NCBI GenBank assembly: GCA_034434515.1
Contig: DAOTZA010000229.1
Coordinates: 6,490 to 70,489 of the forward strand
From: Anaerolineales bacterium
Lineage (GTDB): Bacteria > Chloroflexota > Anaerolineae > Anaerolineales > UBA4823
Length of the DNA: 64,000 bases
Direction of reading: 5' to 3'
Every line of letters starts with the position of its first letter. The stretch's first letter is position 1. The position numbers were made by a program, and so were the translations under genes. The notes under the pieces were generated by a model, which searched no databases, was not told the origin of the DNA, and worked only from the letters and a program-made list of their open reading frames with translations. This document shows, piece by piece, positions 19,223-28,964 of the stretch.

Positions 19223-20305
19223 ATGTTAATTCAATATATCGTCCGCCGCTTCCTATCTGCTATCCCGGTACTTTTTGGAATTCTTCTAGTAACCTTTACG
19301 CTTGCTAGAGTGATCCCCGGTGATCCTTGTCGGGCAATTTTAGGAGAGAAAGCGACTCAAGAAGTCTGCGATCGCTTTATCCGCGAGAAAGGGTTAGATA
19401 AACCCATCCCGGTTCAATTTTGGGTTTATCTAAATGAAATCGCACGGGGAGATTTTGGTCAGTCCTTCCGCTATGGAATGCCGGTAACACGCTTGTTAAT
19501 TGAACGGTTGCCGACCACGGTCGAGTTGAGTCTGACTGCCCTGTTGATTAGCATGGTGGTTGGAATTCCCCTCGGAATCATCTCGGCGGTCAAACACAAT
19601 TCATGGATCGATGTTTTTACAATGATTTGGGCGAATATCGGCGTATCTATGCCGGTCTTCTGGCTAGGGCTGATGTTGATGTATGTCTTTTCCCTAGCTC
19701 TGAAAGACACTCCCTTTTGGTTGCCTCCCTCCGGACGGTTAAGCGCAGGGATGTCAGCCGATCCGTTCTATGTGGTCTGGGGATGGTCTTTGCCGGAAAG
19801 CGGCCTTCGCATTGCCGTTGCCCAATTTATCAGTCGCTTGAACATTCTCAACGCTCTGTTAACGGCGAATTGGGCATTGTTGAAGGACGCCATTACCCAT
19901 CTGATCCTGCCCTCGGTGGCGCTGGGTACAATTCCCATGGCATTGATTGCCCGCATTACTCGCTCCAGTATGCTCGAAGTGCTTGGTCAGGATTATGTCC
20001 GCACCGCGCGCGCCAAAGGGTTGCCCTATGGGAAAATTATCCTCAAGCATGCCTTTCGGAATTCCCTCTTGCCGCTCGTGACCGTCATTGGGCTATCGTT
20101 GGGCAGCTTATTGGGAGGCGCGGTGTTGACCGAAACGATCTTCGGGCTTTCTGGGGTTGGGCGAACTTTATATGATGCTATCACCGCCAGAGATTATGGA
20201 ATTGTCCAGGCTTTTACTGTGGTTATTGCAATTTTCTTTGTCATCTTGAACTTGATTGTGGATATCTCGTATGCCTATTTAGATCCGCGCATTCGCCTCG
20301 ACTAG
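19223..20305 (+). CDS. dppB: Peptide ABC transporter permease (DppB-like)
   Basis: GDFGQS, RLPTTVEL, SMPVFW and EAA loop DYVRTARAKGL. Confidence 0.9.
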   Translation: MLIQYIVRRFLSAIPVLFGILLVTFTLARVIPGDPCRAILGEKATQEVCDRFIREKGLDKPIPVQFWVYLNEIARGDFGQSFRYGMPVTRLLIERLPTTVELSLTALLISMVVGIPLGIISAVKHNSWIDVFTMIWANIGVSMPVFWLGLMLMYVFSLALKDTPFWLPPSGRLSAGMSADPFYVVWGWSLPESGLRIAVAQFISRLNILNALLTANWALLKDAITHLILPSVALGTIPMALIARITRSSMLEVLGQDYVRTARAKGLPYGKIILKHAFRNSLLPLVTVIGLSLGSLLGGAVLTETIFGLSGVGRTLYDAITARDYGIVQAFTVVIAIFFVILNLIVDISYAYLDPRIRLD

Positions 20306-20306
20306 G

Positions 20307-21275
20307 ATGGTTGGCATGAGTGACCAGGATATTTCCTCAAAAAAAGTGGCTTCATTCGATGCAGAGGGCTTATCCCTGAAATCGGTGAGTTTGTGGCAGA
20401 TCACCTGGCGAAGGTTTTTTCGCCGCAAATCTGCCCTAGTGGGATTGGGGATACTGGCGGTTCTGGTATTTATTGCCCTGACCGCCCAATGGATTGCCCC
20501 CTATGATCCTTATAAACCATTGATTGGGATCGAGAAAGTACAACGGCGTGAAAAACCCTGCATTCATCTCCTGGGATGTCCCAAGGACAAACCCCAGCAC
20601 ATAATGGGAATCGATGGCAATGTGCGCGATCAATTTAGCCGTCTGCTTTTTGGCGCGCGCTTGAGTTTGATCATTGGTGTTTCGACGGTTAGTTTCGCAA
20701 TCGTTATCGGTACGATTTTCGGAGCAGTGGGAGGATATTTTGGGGGATGGATCGATAATGTGATTATGAGAGTAATGGATGTGCTGCTTGCTTTCCCCTC
20801 CTTGCTCCTGGCGATCACTATTGTAACGGTTTTAGGGCCTGGATTGATCAATGCCCTAATTGCGATTAGCATTGTATCCATTCCAGCTTATGCGCGCGTG
20901 GTGCGCGCCAGCGTTCTCTCGGTTCGAGAGATGGACTATGTGTCTGCTTCACGGGCATTAGGCGGTTCAGACAGTCATATTATCTTTAAGAGAATACTGC
21001 CGAATGCGCTAACACCGCTGATTGTCCAGGGGACGTTAGGAATAGCCACGGCGATTTTGGAGGCTGCTGCGCTCTCCTTCTTGGGATTGGGAGCTCAACC
21101 ACCCACTCCGGAGTGGGGCTCGATGCTTGGGGCAGAACGAAATCAGGTTTTCACTGCGCCACATCTGGTCTTTTATCCAGGGTTTGCCATCATGTTGACG
21201 GTTTTATCCTTTAATCTCTTGGGGGATGGGTTAAGAGATGCGCTCGATCCAAGATTAGCTCATGTGAGTGGGTGA
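20307..21275 (+). CDS. dppC: Peptide ABC transporter permease (DppC-like)
   Basis: HIMGIDGNVRDQFSRLLFGARLSL, DYVSASRALG and LSFLGLGAQPPTPEWG. The start could be 20316. Confidence 0.9.
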   Translation: MVGMSDQDISSKKVASFDAEGLSLKSVSLWQITWRRFFRRKSALVGLGILAVLVFIALTAQWIAPYDPYKPLIGIEKVQRREKPCIHLLGCPKDKPQHIMGIDGNVRDQFSRLLFGARLSLIIGVSTVSFAIVIGTIFGAVGGYFGGWIDNVIMRVMDVLLAFPSLLLAITIVTVLGPGLINALIAISIVSIPAYARVVRASVLSVREMDYVSASRALGGSDSHIIFKRILPNALTPLIVQGTLGIATAILEAAALSFLGLGAQPPTPEWGSMLGAERNQVFTAPHLVFYPGFAIMLTVLSFNLLGDGLRDALDPRLAHVSG

Positions 21276-22290
21276 AGTTAAGCATGGGAGTTGTACTGTG
21301 CCAGAAAATTCAAAGCCACTGCTAGAAATTAAGGATTTGTCGACATTTTTCTATACCGAGGATGGTATTGTTCGGGCTGTGGATGGGGTTGATTTAGTGG
21401 TTTACCCGGGAGAGGTTTTGGGGTTGGTGGGTGAATCGGGGTGTGGAAAAAGTGTCACCTCATTATCGATTATGCGCCTTATTGCTCCGCCTGGTAAGAT
21501 CGTCAAGGGGGAAATCTGGTTTGAAGGAGAGAATTTAGCTGAAGTTCCTGAAAGTCGCATGATGAAAATCCGCGGCGATCGTATTTCGATGATCTTCCAA
21601 CAACCTCAGACCAGCCTCAATCCGGTCTTTACCACCGGTAGCCAGGTTGGTGAAGTCTTTACTATTCATGAAAAGTTAAAAGAAAAAGAAGCCTGGCAAA
21701 GGGCGGTAGAACTGTTCCGTCTGGTGGGCATCCCTGATCCAGAACGACGGGCAAAATCCTATCCCCACGAGATGTCGGGCGGAATGGCGCAACGAGTGAT
21801 GATTGCCATGGCTTTGGCGCTTCGTCCGGCCTTGTTGATTGCAGATGAACCAACCACGGCACTGGATGTCACCATTCAGGCGCAAATCCTCGACTTGATG
21901 CGGGAGTTGCGCTCGAAGTTTGGCGCTTCGGTCATCTTGATCACCCATGATTTAGGGGTTATCGCAGAAATGGCTGAACGGGTGGCGGTGATGTACGCCG
22001 GCCAGATTGTGGAGGAAGCGGATGTCATCACCTTGTTCGATCGTCCGCGGCATCCCTACACGGTTGGGTTGATGAACTCTATCCCGATTTTAGGGCGGTA
22101 TCGCGAGCAGTTGGAAGTAATCCCCGGCTCTGTGCCAAATCTCATCGATTTGCCACCGGGTTGCCGTTTTGCACCGCGATGCAGGGCAAGAGTGGAAAAC
22201 CGTTTGGAAATTTGCGAGTTTCAAAATCCAGACTTGATTGAGGTCGACAAAGGGCATACCGTTCGCTGTTGGCTGTATCAAGCGCATTGA
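21268..22290 (+). CDS. dppD: Peptide ABC transporter ATP-binding protein (DppD-like)
   Basis: [29 protein letters not shown] and a C-terminal Cys-rich oligo_HPY region. Confidence 0.92.
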   Translation: MGEVKHGSCTVPENSKPLLEIKDLSTFFYTEDGIVRAVDGVDLVVYPGEVLGLVGESGCGKSVTSLSIMRLIAPPGKIVKGEIWFEGENLAEVPESRMMKIRGDRISMIFQQPQTSLNPVFTTGSQVGEVFTIHEKLKEKEAWQRAVELFRLVGIPDPERRAKSYPHEMSGGMAQRVMIAMALALRPALLIADEPTTALDVTIQAQILDLMRELRSKFGASVILITHDLGVIAEMAERVAVMYAGQIVEEADVITLFDRPRHPYTVGLMNSIPILGRYREQLEVIPGSVPNLIDLPPGCRFAPRCRARVENRLEICEFQNPDLIEVDKGHTVRCWLYQAH

Positions 22291-22297
22291 TTTCGGT

Positions 22298-22326
22298 TTG
22301 ACAATCTTTGAGCTGGGGGCTAAAAT
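22298..22326 (+). promoter_or_regulatory. Sigma70-type promoter for coaE-cdaA-cdaR-der
   Basis: TTGACA-17 nt-TAAAAT. Confidence 0.7.
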
Positions 22327-22352
22327 GGATAGCAACGAGATATAAGATTGCG

Positions 22353-23477
22353 ATGAGTGCCTGGCCTGGAAAAACAGTCATTGGGTTAACCGGTAATATT
22401 GCCACCGGGAAAAGCGTGGTGCGCAAGATGCTCGAACATTTGGGGGCTTATGGCATTGATGCGGATGCGCTGAGTCATCGCGCCATTGCCATAGGTGCAC
22501 CGGGGTATCAGATGGTCGTGGATACATTTGGAAAATGGATTCTTGCCCCGGATGGACAGATTGATCGCAGTAAGCTGGCGAAAATCGTTTTCTCCGATGC
22601 GGCGGCGTTGAAAAAACTCGAAAACATCATCCATCCCCTGGTGCGTCAAGCAGAGGATTTGCTCATTCGTCGCACGACTAAAACGGTGATTGTCGTTGAG
22701 GCGATTAAGTTAATTGAATCGGGGTTTGACCGCTTTTGTGATCAGGTCTGGGTAACGTATGCTCCCGAAGATGTTCAGTTGCGCCGCTTGATGATGAAAC
22801 GTGGCTTGAGCCGTGAAGCTGCTCTGCAGCGAATCCTCGCTCAACCCCCTCAGGAAGAAAAAATCAAACGCGCCGATGTCGTCATCCACAACGATAAATC
22901 TTTTGAAGATACCTGGCAGCAAGTTGTCAATGCCTGGAAAAGCCTGTTTCCAGAGAAAGAAATTGAAGGCAAACGAGCGTCCCAAGCCGGGATGATGGTT
23001 GAGCGAGCCAAGCCCAGTCAGGCAAGTGAGATTGCGGATTTGCTGCGAGCGGTTTCAAAAGGGAAAAGACTTTTATCTTCGCAAGAAGTGATGGAAGCTT
23101 TTGGTGAGAAGGCCTACTTGCTCCTCCGCAGAGATGGCATAGCGGAAGGAATATTGGGTTGGAGGGTCGAAAACCTTGTGGCGCGGGTGGATGATTTTTA
23201 CGTCTCTGATCGAGCGCCTTTCGCCGAGGCAGCAACTTTGCTCATACAGGAAGTGGAGAGGGCATCGAGAGAATTACAATGTGAAGCAGCACTTTTATTT
23301 TTGAGTGATGAGCTAAAAGCACACCAGGAAGTCTGGCAGAAAATGGGATATCAGGAGACAACTGCCCAGAATATCGGTATCCGCGCCTGGCAGGAAGCAG
23401 CTTTGGAATTCAAGCAACCAGGGCATACGCTTTGGATCAAGCGTTTGCGGGAAGATCTGGTGTTGAAACCGGTGTAA
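22353..23477 (+). CDS. coaE: Dephospho-CoA kinase with C-terminal GNAT-like domain
   Basis: IGLTGNIATGKS, DADAL, IIHPLVR, EAIKLIE and QPPQEEK, followed by about 165 aa of alpha/beta GNAT-like sequence. Confidence 0.88.
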   Translation: MSAWPGKTVIGLTGNIATGKSVVRKMLEHLGAYGIDADALSHRAIAIGAPGYQMVVDTFGKWILAPDGQIDRSKLAKIVFSDAAALKKLENIIHPLVRQAEDLLIRRTTKTVIVVEAIKLIESGFDRFCDQVWVTYAPEDVQLRRLMMKRGLSREAALQRILAQPPQEEKIKRADVVIHNDKSFEDTWQQVVNAWKSLFPEKEIEGKRASQAGMMVERAKPSQASEIADLLRAVSKGKRLLSSQEVMEAFGEKAYLLLRRDGIAEGILGWRVENLVARVDDFYVSDRAPFAEAATLLIQEVERASRELQCEAALLFLSDELKAHQEVWQKMGYQETTAQNIGIRAWQEAALEFKQPGHTLWIKRLREDLVLKPV

Positions 23478-23482
23478 GACTC

Positions 23483-24367
23483 GTGAATGATTTATTCGCA
23501 AACTTTATCGATAGTATCCTTTTTGTTTTGCAACGGATTACGTGGCTGAGCGTAATCGATCTCTTGTTGGTTACGGCGATCTTTTTCATTGTTCTGAAAT
23601 TAATCCAGGACACACAAGGGATTATCCTGATTCGCGGGGCGATTTTTTTAATCGTTATTGTAGCCATGTTGTCCACTTTAGAGGTGTTGCCGGCGTTCTC
23701 ATGGATGGTGCGCAATACCTTGCCGGCTTTATTGATCGCCATACCGGTTATCTTTGCCCCGGAAATTCGGCGCACACTTGAAAGGTTGGGGAGGGCGGGA
23801 ACATTAATTTCAAGCAGTCAAATGAGTTCAGGTACTCCTCAGGTGATCAAGTCCGTGGTTCGAGCTTGCGCGCGTTTATCAGAGCGCAAGCATGGAGCGT
23901 TAATTGTCTTTCAACGTTTCGATCGCCTGGATGAGTATATTAATAGCGGAGTTCAACTCAATGCCAAAGTAAGCCCTGAGTTGTTGCTGCAAATCTTTTA
24001 TCCCAATACGCCCTTGCATGATGGTGCGGTGATTATCAGCAATGAGACTATCCTAGCGGCGGCTTGTGTCTTACCGCTTTCTTCAAGCGGCGTGCTGACC
24101 GAATCGCCTGAGCGCCAAATGGGATTGCGCCATCGCGCTGGACTTGGTATTAGTGAGGTCTCCGATGCGATTGCGATTGTGGTCTCCGAGGAAACTGGAT
24201 CGATCTCTATTGTGGATAACGGGCGCATGATTCGGCGCATTGATCCAAATCGACTTGAGTTGATTCTCAAAGCGCTGCTTCACTTCCCCTCTGATGATAA
24301 GGGATTGAGTATCCTAATGAAAAAAATCCTTGGTTTTGTTCAATCCAAAGGAGAAACTCATCAATGA
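23483..24367 (+). CDS. cdaA: Diadenylate cyclase CdaA/DacA
   Basis: Three N-terminal TM helices, FAPEIRRTLE, LHDGA (DGA) and GLRHRA (RHR). GTG start is inferred. Confidence 0.93.
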   Translation: MNDLFANFIDSILFVLQRITWLSVIDLLLVTAIFFIVLKLIQDTQGIILIRGAIFLIVIVAMLSTLEVLPAFSWMVRNTLPALLIAIPVIFAPEIRRTLERLGRAGTLISSSQMSSGTPQVIKSVVRACARLSERKHGALIVFQRFDRLDEYINSGVQLNAKVSPELLLQIFYPNTPLHDGAVIISNETILAAACVLPLSSSGVLTESPERQMGLRHRAGLGISEVSDAIAIVVSEETGSISIVDNGRMIRRIDPNRLELILKALLHFPSDDKGLSILMKKILGFVQSKGETHQ

Positions 24368-25704
24368 AGGGCGGTTTTTTTCGCTGGTTGAGAGAATCGT
24401 TTGGCTCTCTGAGTTTAGCCTTTTTTTTATCGGTGGTTGTGTGGGTTTCAGCAGTCTTATCCAATGATCCAACCCTTACCCGATCCTTGCCACAACCGAT
24501 TCCTCTCGAAATCGAAGGCTTGAACCGTGAATTGACAATCCTCGACGATCTACCAAATACAGTTTTGGTAACGCTCCGCGCGCCACAGTCGGTTTGGGAT
24601 CGAATTCTGATTCAACCGAACCTGGTACACGCCTGGTTAGACCTCTCCAACCTGTCTGAAGGAGAGCATGAGGTTGAAGTAAAAATACGGGTAGGGGCTA
24701 CTCCCTATCATGTTGTCAGAATAGTGCCTGATCAGGTGAATCTGCATCTGGAGAAGGTCGAGACGAAGACTATCTTGGTCACGTTGAATGTGGTTGGTGA
24801 ACCCGCTTTGGGCTATCAAAAGGGGCAGCTCACCCTTTCACCCAGCCAGGTACAGGTGAGTGGAGCGAGGTCGTTGGTTGAGCAAGTGAAAAGCGTCCAG
24901 GGCGAAATAGATATCAATGGCGCCGCCGAAAGCCAACGCCGGGCAGTGAAGCTCAACGCCCTGGACGAGAACGGAATGTTGGTTGAAGGGGTCAAATTAA
25001 TCCCGGACACGGTTTCAGTAAATCAAATTATTACCTTGTTAGGCGGATATCGGAATGTTGTGGTTAAAGTTGTCACCCAGGGGGAATTAGAGGAAGGATA
25101 TTGGTTGACCAATATCTCAGTTTCACCTCCCAATGTGATTGTGTTTTCTGCCGATCCGCAGCTTGTGGATGCGTTGCCTGGCTATGTAGAGACCGAAACA
25201 GTGGACTTGAGCGGATTGAGCGATGATGTTGATTTGCGGGTTTCATTAAAATTACCGGCGGGGGTAGAATTAGCGGGGGAGGAAAGCGTTTTGGTGCGCT
25301 TGAATATTGCTGCCCTGGAAGGTAGTTTACCGATCACATTACCGATTGATGTGATTGGTTTGTCCTCAGGCCTGAAAGCTGAACTTTCACCCAGCCAAGT
25401 TGATGTGTTGATCAGCGGTCCGCTGCCGGTGTTAAAGACAGTCAAGGCCAGTAATTTACGGGTAGTAGTGGACTTGACTGGCTTGACGCCTGGGGAATAT
25501 CAGCTTCCTCCCTTAGTAGATTTATTGCCAGACTCGGTAAAAGTGGCTTCGATATTACCTTCGAATATTTCGGTTGTGATTGTTGCGGTGGAAAACGGGG
25601 AAGGCACTTCGACCCCGATTCCGACCGTCTCCCCCAGCCCGAATTTTGGCCTTCCTGTAACACCAACCCCTGCGCTGCTGCCAACGGCTACCCCTCTTCC
25701 ATAG
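24364..25704 (+). CDS. cdaR: CdaR/YbbR-repeat regulator of diadenylate cyclase
   Basis: N-terminal TM helix, repeated YbbR-like units (P..V.V.G...) and a Pro/Thr-rich tail. ATGA overlap with cdaA. Confidence 0.85.
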   Translation: MKGGFFRWLRESFGSLSLAFFLSVVVWVSAVLSNDPTLTRSLPQPIPLEIEGLNRELTILDDLPNTVLVTLRAPQSVWDRILIQPNLVHAWLDLSNLSEGEHEVEVKIRVGATPYHVVRIVPDQVNLHLEKVETKTILVTLNVVGEPALGYQKGQLTLSPSQVQVSGARSLVEQVKSVQGEIDINGAAESQRRAVKLNALDENGMLVEGVKLIPDTVSVNQIITLLGGYRNVVVKVVTQGELEEGYWLTNISVSPPNVIVFSADPQLVDALPGYVETETVDLSGLSDDVDLRVSLKLPAGVELAGEESVLVRLNIAALEGSLPITLPIDVIGLSSGLKAELSPSQVDVLISGPLPVLKTVKASNLRVVVDLTGLTPGEYQLPPLVDLLPDSVKVASILPSNISVVIVAVENGEGTSTPIPTVSPSPNFGLPVTPTPALLPTATPLP

Positions 25705-25718
25705 GAGAGCAGAAGAAA

Positions 25719-27095
25719 ATGAGAAAACCGCTGGTTGCCCTGGTCGGTCGGCCGAATGTCGGAAAAAGCACCTTATTCAACCGCTTGATTGAGCAACGCC
25801 TGGCAGTCGTGGATGATGTCCCCGGCACGACTCGCGATCGGCTAATCGCTGAAGCAGAATGGGCAGGGCGATTTTTTGATGTGGTTGATACAGGGGGGAT
25901 CGACCCGCGCCGGGTTGGAAATAGCCGGAAAGGAGAACCGCTCTCGGTGGGATCGGCTGACTATGTTGAGCAAATTCGTCTTCAGGCTGAAATGGCAGTT
26001 CAAGAAGCCGATGCTGTGTTATTCATCACTGATGCAGAAAGCGGGGTGACTCCCGCCGATCGAGAAGTCGCTCAAATTTTGCGCGCCCTTCAGCGCGAAG
26101 AAGAAAGCCGTCGAGTACCACCGGTGTTTTTAGTTGTTAACAAAGCGGATAGCCCTCAAAGACGATTGGCGGCAGTGGAATTTTACGAACTGGGGTTGGG
26201 TGATCCCTACCCGATTTCAGCTTTACATGGCACCGGCACGGGGGATCTACTCGATGCGTTGGTAGCGGTATTGCCTGAAGTGGGTGAGGAAGAAGACGAC
26301 GACTCAATCAAGATCGCTATTGTGGGAAAACCAAACGTTGGTAAGTCCTCCTTGTTAAACCGCTTGTTGGGGATTGAACGGGTCATCGTTAGCCCCATTC
26401 CTGGAACAACTCGCGACGCAGTTGACACCCGATTAACCTATCAGGATATTCCACTAACCCTGATTGACACTGCAGGCATTCGCCGGCGAGGTCGGATTGA
26501 AGTCGGGGTTGAGAAGTACAGTGTGCTGCGGTCGCTAAAAGCCATCGAACGCAGCGATGTTGCGCTGTTGGTTTTGGACGCAACAAGCGGAGTAACAGCG
26601 CAAGATGCTCACATTGCGGGATATATCTTGGAGGCATGGAAGAGTGTTGTGATTGTCGTCAATAAGTGGGACGCTATAGAAAAAGATCATTTTACGATGC
26701 AGCGTTTTACCCAGGAAGTTCGGCAGGCGTTACAATTTTTGGATTATGCGCCAATTTTATTCATATCAGCTAAAACCGGACTGAGGGTAGAACAAGTGTT
26801 GCCAACAGCGATTCGTATCCAAGAGGAACGGTTAGTGCGTCTCCCGACATCAAAATTGAACCAGATTTTACATAATGCTCTGGATCGCCATGCCCCTCCT
26901 GCTCACGCAGGTCGCTCTTTGAAAATTTTTTATGGCACTCAGGTGCGAAGTGACCCACCCACTTTTCTGGTTTATGTTAATGATTACCGATTAGCACATT
27001 TTACCTACTTAAGATATTTAGAGAATTGTATTCGGGAAGAATATCCCTTTGAAGGAACGCCCATCCGCATTGTGTTGAAAAATCGACGTACCTGA
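25719..27095 (+). CDS. der: Ribosome biogenesis GTPase Der
   Basis: Two G-domains (GRPNVGKS/DTGG/NKAD and GKPNVGKS/DTAG/NKWD) plus a KH-like C-terminus. Confidence 0.97.
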   Translation: MRKPLVALVGRPNVGKSTLFNRLIEQRLAVVDDVPGTTRDRLIAEAEWAGRFFDVVDTGGIDPRRVGNSRKGEPLSVGSADYVEQIRLQAEMAVQEADAVLFITDAESGVTPADREVAQILRALQREEESRRVPPVFLVVNKADSPQRRLAAVEFYELGLGDPYPISALHGTGTGDLLDALVAVLPEVGEEEDDDSIKIAIVGKPNVGKSSLLNRLLGIERVIVSPIPGTTRDAVDTRLTYQDIPLTLIDTAGIRRRGRIEVGVEKYSVLRSLKAIERSDVALLVLDATSGVTAQDAHIAGYILEAWKSVVIVVNKWDAIEKDHFTMQRFTQEVRQALQFLDYAPILFISAKTGLRVEQVLPTAIRIQEERLVRLPTSKLNQILHNALDRHAPPAHAGRSLKIFYGTQVRSDPPTFLVYVNDYRLAHFTYLRYLENCIREEYPFEGTPIRIVLKNRRT

Positions 27096-27100
27096 ATGCC

Positions 27101-27129
27101 TTGTCGGTATTCACAGGGGGTCGTATAAT
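27101..27129 (+). promoter_or_regulatory. Sigma70-type promoter for deoC
   Basis: TTGTCG-17 nt-TATAAT. Confidence 0.6.
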
Positions 27130-27150
27130 TCACTTGAAGAGAGAAACACG

Positions 27151-27912
27151 ATGAACGAACTACAAGAAATCTTACAACGTGCAAAAGCCTATCTTGAAAA
27201 ACTGCCTGACCCTCCTGCGCCACTCCCCAGCCCCAATCGAAAAGCCATCAGTCAATGGATTGATCACACTTTATTAAAACCTGAGGCGACAGCAGAGCAG
27301 ATTAAGCAGTTATGTGAGCAGGCTGTTCAGTTTGGTTTTTATTCGGTTTGTGTCAATCCCGTCTTTGTGCCTTTAGCCAGCGGATTATTGCACGGTACGG
27401 GAGTGCATGTCTGCAGTGTGGTTGGGTTTCCGTTAGGCGCCTCGGCTGCCACCCTCAAAGCTATGGAAGCCCTGGATTGTGTCGAAAAAGGCGCAACGGA
27501 AATCGATATGGTGATGAACATTGGCGCCTTAAAGGGACAGGCTTATGGGCAAGTGCTTAATGACATTTGGATGGTCAGAGAAGTGACCAAACGCCAGAAC
27601 GTTGTTTTGAAAGTGATTCTGGAGATGGGGTTGTTGTCCACCGAAGAAAAAATTGTTGCTTGCCTCCTGGCAGAAGCTGCCGGTGTAGATTTTGTCAAGA
27701 CCTCGACCGGATTTAACAGCGGGGGAGCTACGGTGGAGGATGTTGACTTAATGGTTCGGGTCGTGGGAAGGACAACAAAAGTGAAAGCAGCGGGGGGGAT
27801 TCGCACGCTTCAGGATGCGGTTCGCATGATTCGGGCAGGTGCTTCTCGCCTGGGAACCAGTGCGGGCGTGAAGATCCTACAAGAAATCCCGCAGGAGGAG
27901 GTACAACCATGA
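27151..27912 (+). CDS. deoC: Deoxyribose-phosphate aldolase
   Basis: IDHTLLKP, VGFPLG, EIDMV, KVILE, FVKTSTG, KAAGGIR and RLGTS. Confidence 0.96.
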   Translation: MNELQEILQRAKAYLEKLPDPPAPLPSPNRKAISQWIDHTLLKPEATAEQIKQLCEQAVQFGFYSVCVNPVFVPLASGLLHGTGVHVCSVVGFPLGASAATLKAMEALDCVEKGATEIDMVMNIGALKGQAYGQVLNDIWMVREVTKRQNVVLKVILEMGLLSTEEKIVACLLAEAAGVDFVKTSTGFNSGGATVEDVDLMVRVVGRTTKVKAAGGIRTLQDAVRMIRAGASRLGTSAGVKILQEIPQEEVQP

Positions 27913-28223
27913 GCGAAGTCAAGCCTGAAGAACATAATGAAACTCTGGACTCTCAGGCAATCCATTGCCCGGAGTGCATTTCGGGAATCCTGCGCCTGCG
28001 ATTCATGACCTATTTCACCTGGCTGAATGATGAGTTGATCACCGTCCCAAACTTTCCAGCCTGGGTTTGTGATGTTTGTGGTCGCAGAGAATACGACCAT
28101 CGCGCTGTAAGTTGGTTAAATACCCTATTAAACCCGGAGGCGGGGAGTAGAAAAAAACGCAAACGTCGCGTTTCTCCGGATCGAGAGACGCATCTGCCGA
28201 AAAAACCGATCTACCCTGAATAA
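27909..28223 (+). CDS. YgiT-type zinc finger protein
   Basis: CPEC...ITVPNFPAWVCDVCG with a basic tail RKKRKRR. Confidence 0.8.
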   Translation: MSEVKPEEHNETLDSQAIHCPECISGILRLRFMTYFTWLNDELITVPNFPAWVCDVCGRREYDHRAVSWLNTLLNPEAGSRKKRKRRVSPDRETHLPKKPIYPE

Positions 28224-28346
28224 GGAAGTTGTTTTAACGTCAGTTTGGGATAAACGAACCAAACGTCCCACGGGTCAGGTTCTGCTGCTAAAAGTGTACA
28301 GTAAAAACCCTGCGGGACGCTTCGATAATTCACAATTCTGCTGCGG

Positions 28347-28874
28347 TTATCTTAACAGATACGGCTGAGCTAATAGCAAAGCGGCTAGCGTTTTCGAATC
28401 ACGAATTTTCTTTGCTTTTACCCATTGAAAAACTTCTTCAATCGGCGCTTTAACCACGGTAATCATCTCATCTTCGTCACAGGGGAGAGGAGCGGGGGAT
28501 AAATCTTCTGCCAGATAGATGTAACTATATTCAGTCGAATACCCTGGAGCAATATAAAACTCTCCTAAATGGGTGAACTTTGCAGCAGCCATGCCGATCT
28601 CTTCCCGCAATTCTCTCTGGGCGCTGGAAAGGGGGTCTTCCTGGTCTTCAAGGGTTCCTGCTGGCAATTCTAATAACGGTTCAGCGGCTGCGTAACGATA
28701 CTGCTCGACAAACCAAATATTTCCCTGCCGGTCAAGGGGAACAATGATGATTGCCCCATTATGTTGGACAATATCGAGTTTGATCACTTTTCCCGTGTAA
28801 AGTTGAACGTGATCGACGCGGACGGTAAAAACTTTGCCTGAGTAGACGGTTTCTGAATGAACGGTTTTGATCAT
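28347..28874 (-). CDS. NUDIX hydrolase (ADP-ribose pyrophosphatase NudF-like)
   Basis: Nudix box ELPAGTLE...AQRELREEIG, plus APGYSTE and DSKT. Confidence 0.9.
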   Translation of the reverse strand: MIKTVHSETVYSGKVFTVRVDHVQLYTGKVIKLDIVQHNGAIIIVPLDRQGNIWFVEQYRYAAAEPLLELPAGTLEDQEDPLSSAQRELREEIGMAAAKFTHLGEFYIAPGYSTEYSYIYLAEDLSPAPLPCDEDEMITVVKAPIEEVFQWVKAKKIRDSKTLAALLLAQPYLLR

Positions 28875-28909
28875 GAAATTTGCCCTGATTTTCAGTAGGA
28901 ATTTTAAGG

Positions 28910-28943
28910 GATAGGAGTAACTTTTTGACGTTCCTCCTATCCT
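28910..28943. terminator. Hairpin downstream of the LysM gene
   Basis: GGATAGGAG...CTCCTATCC is a 9-bp inverted repeat 21 nt past the LysM stop. Confidence 0.45.
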
Positions 28944-28964
28944 AGCTTATCCGGGGAGTTGTGT

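Noticed and set aside
28264-28319. Imperfect inverted repeat (CGTCCCACGGGT...ACCCTGCGGGACG) as a MITE/REP or sRNA
   Set aside because: Single copy in the window, imperfect, and between convergent genes, so a bidirectional terminator-like structure explains it adequately.
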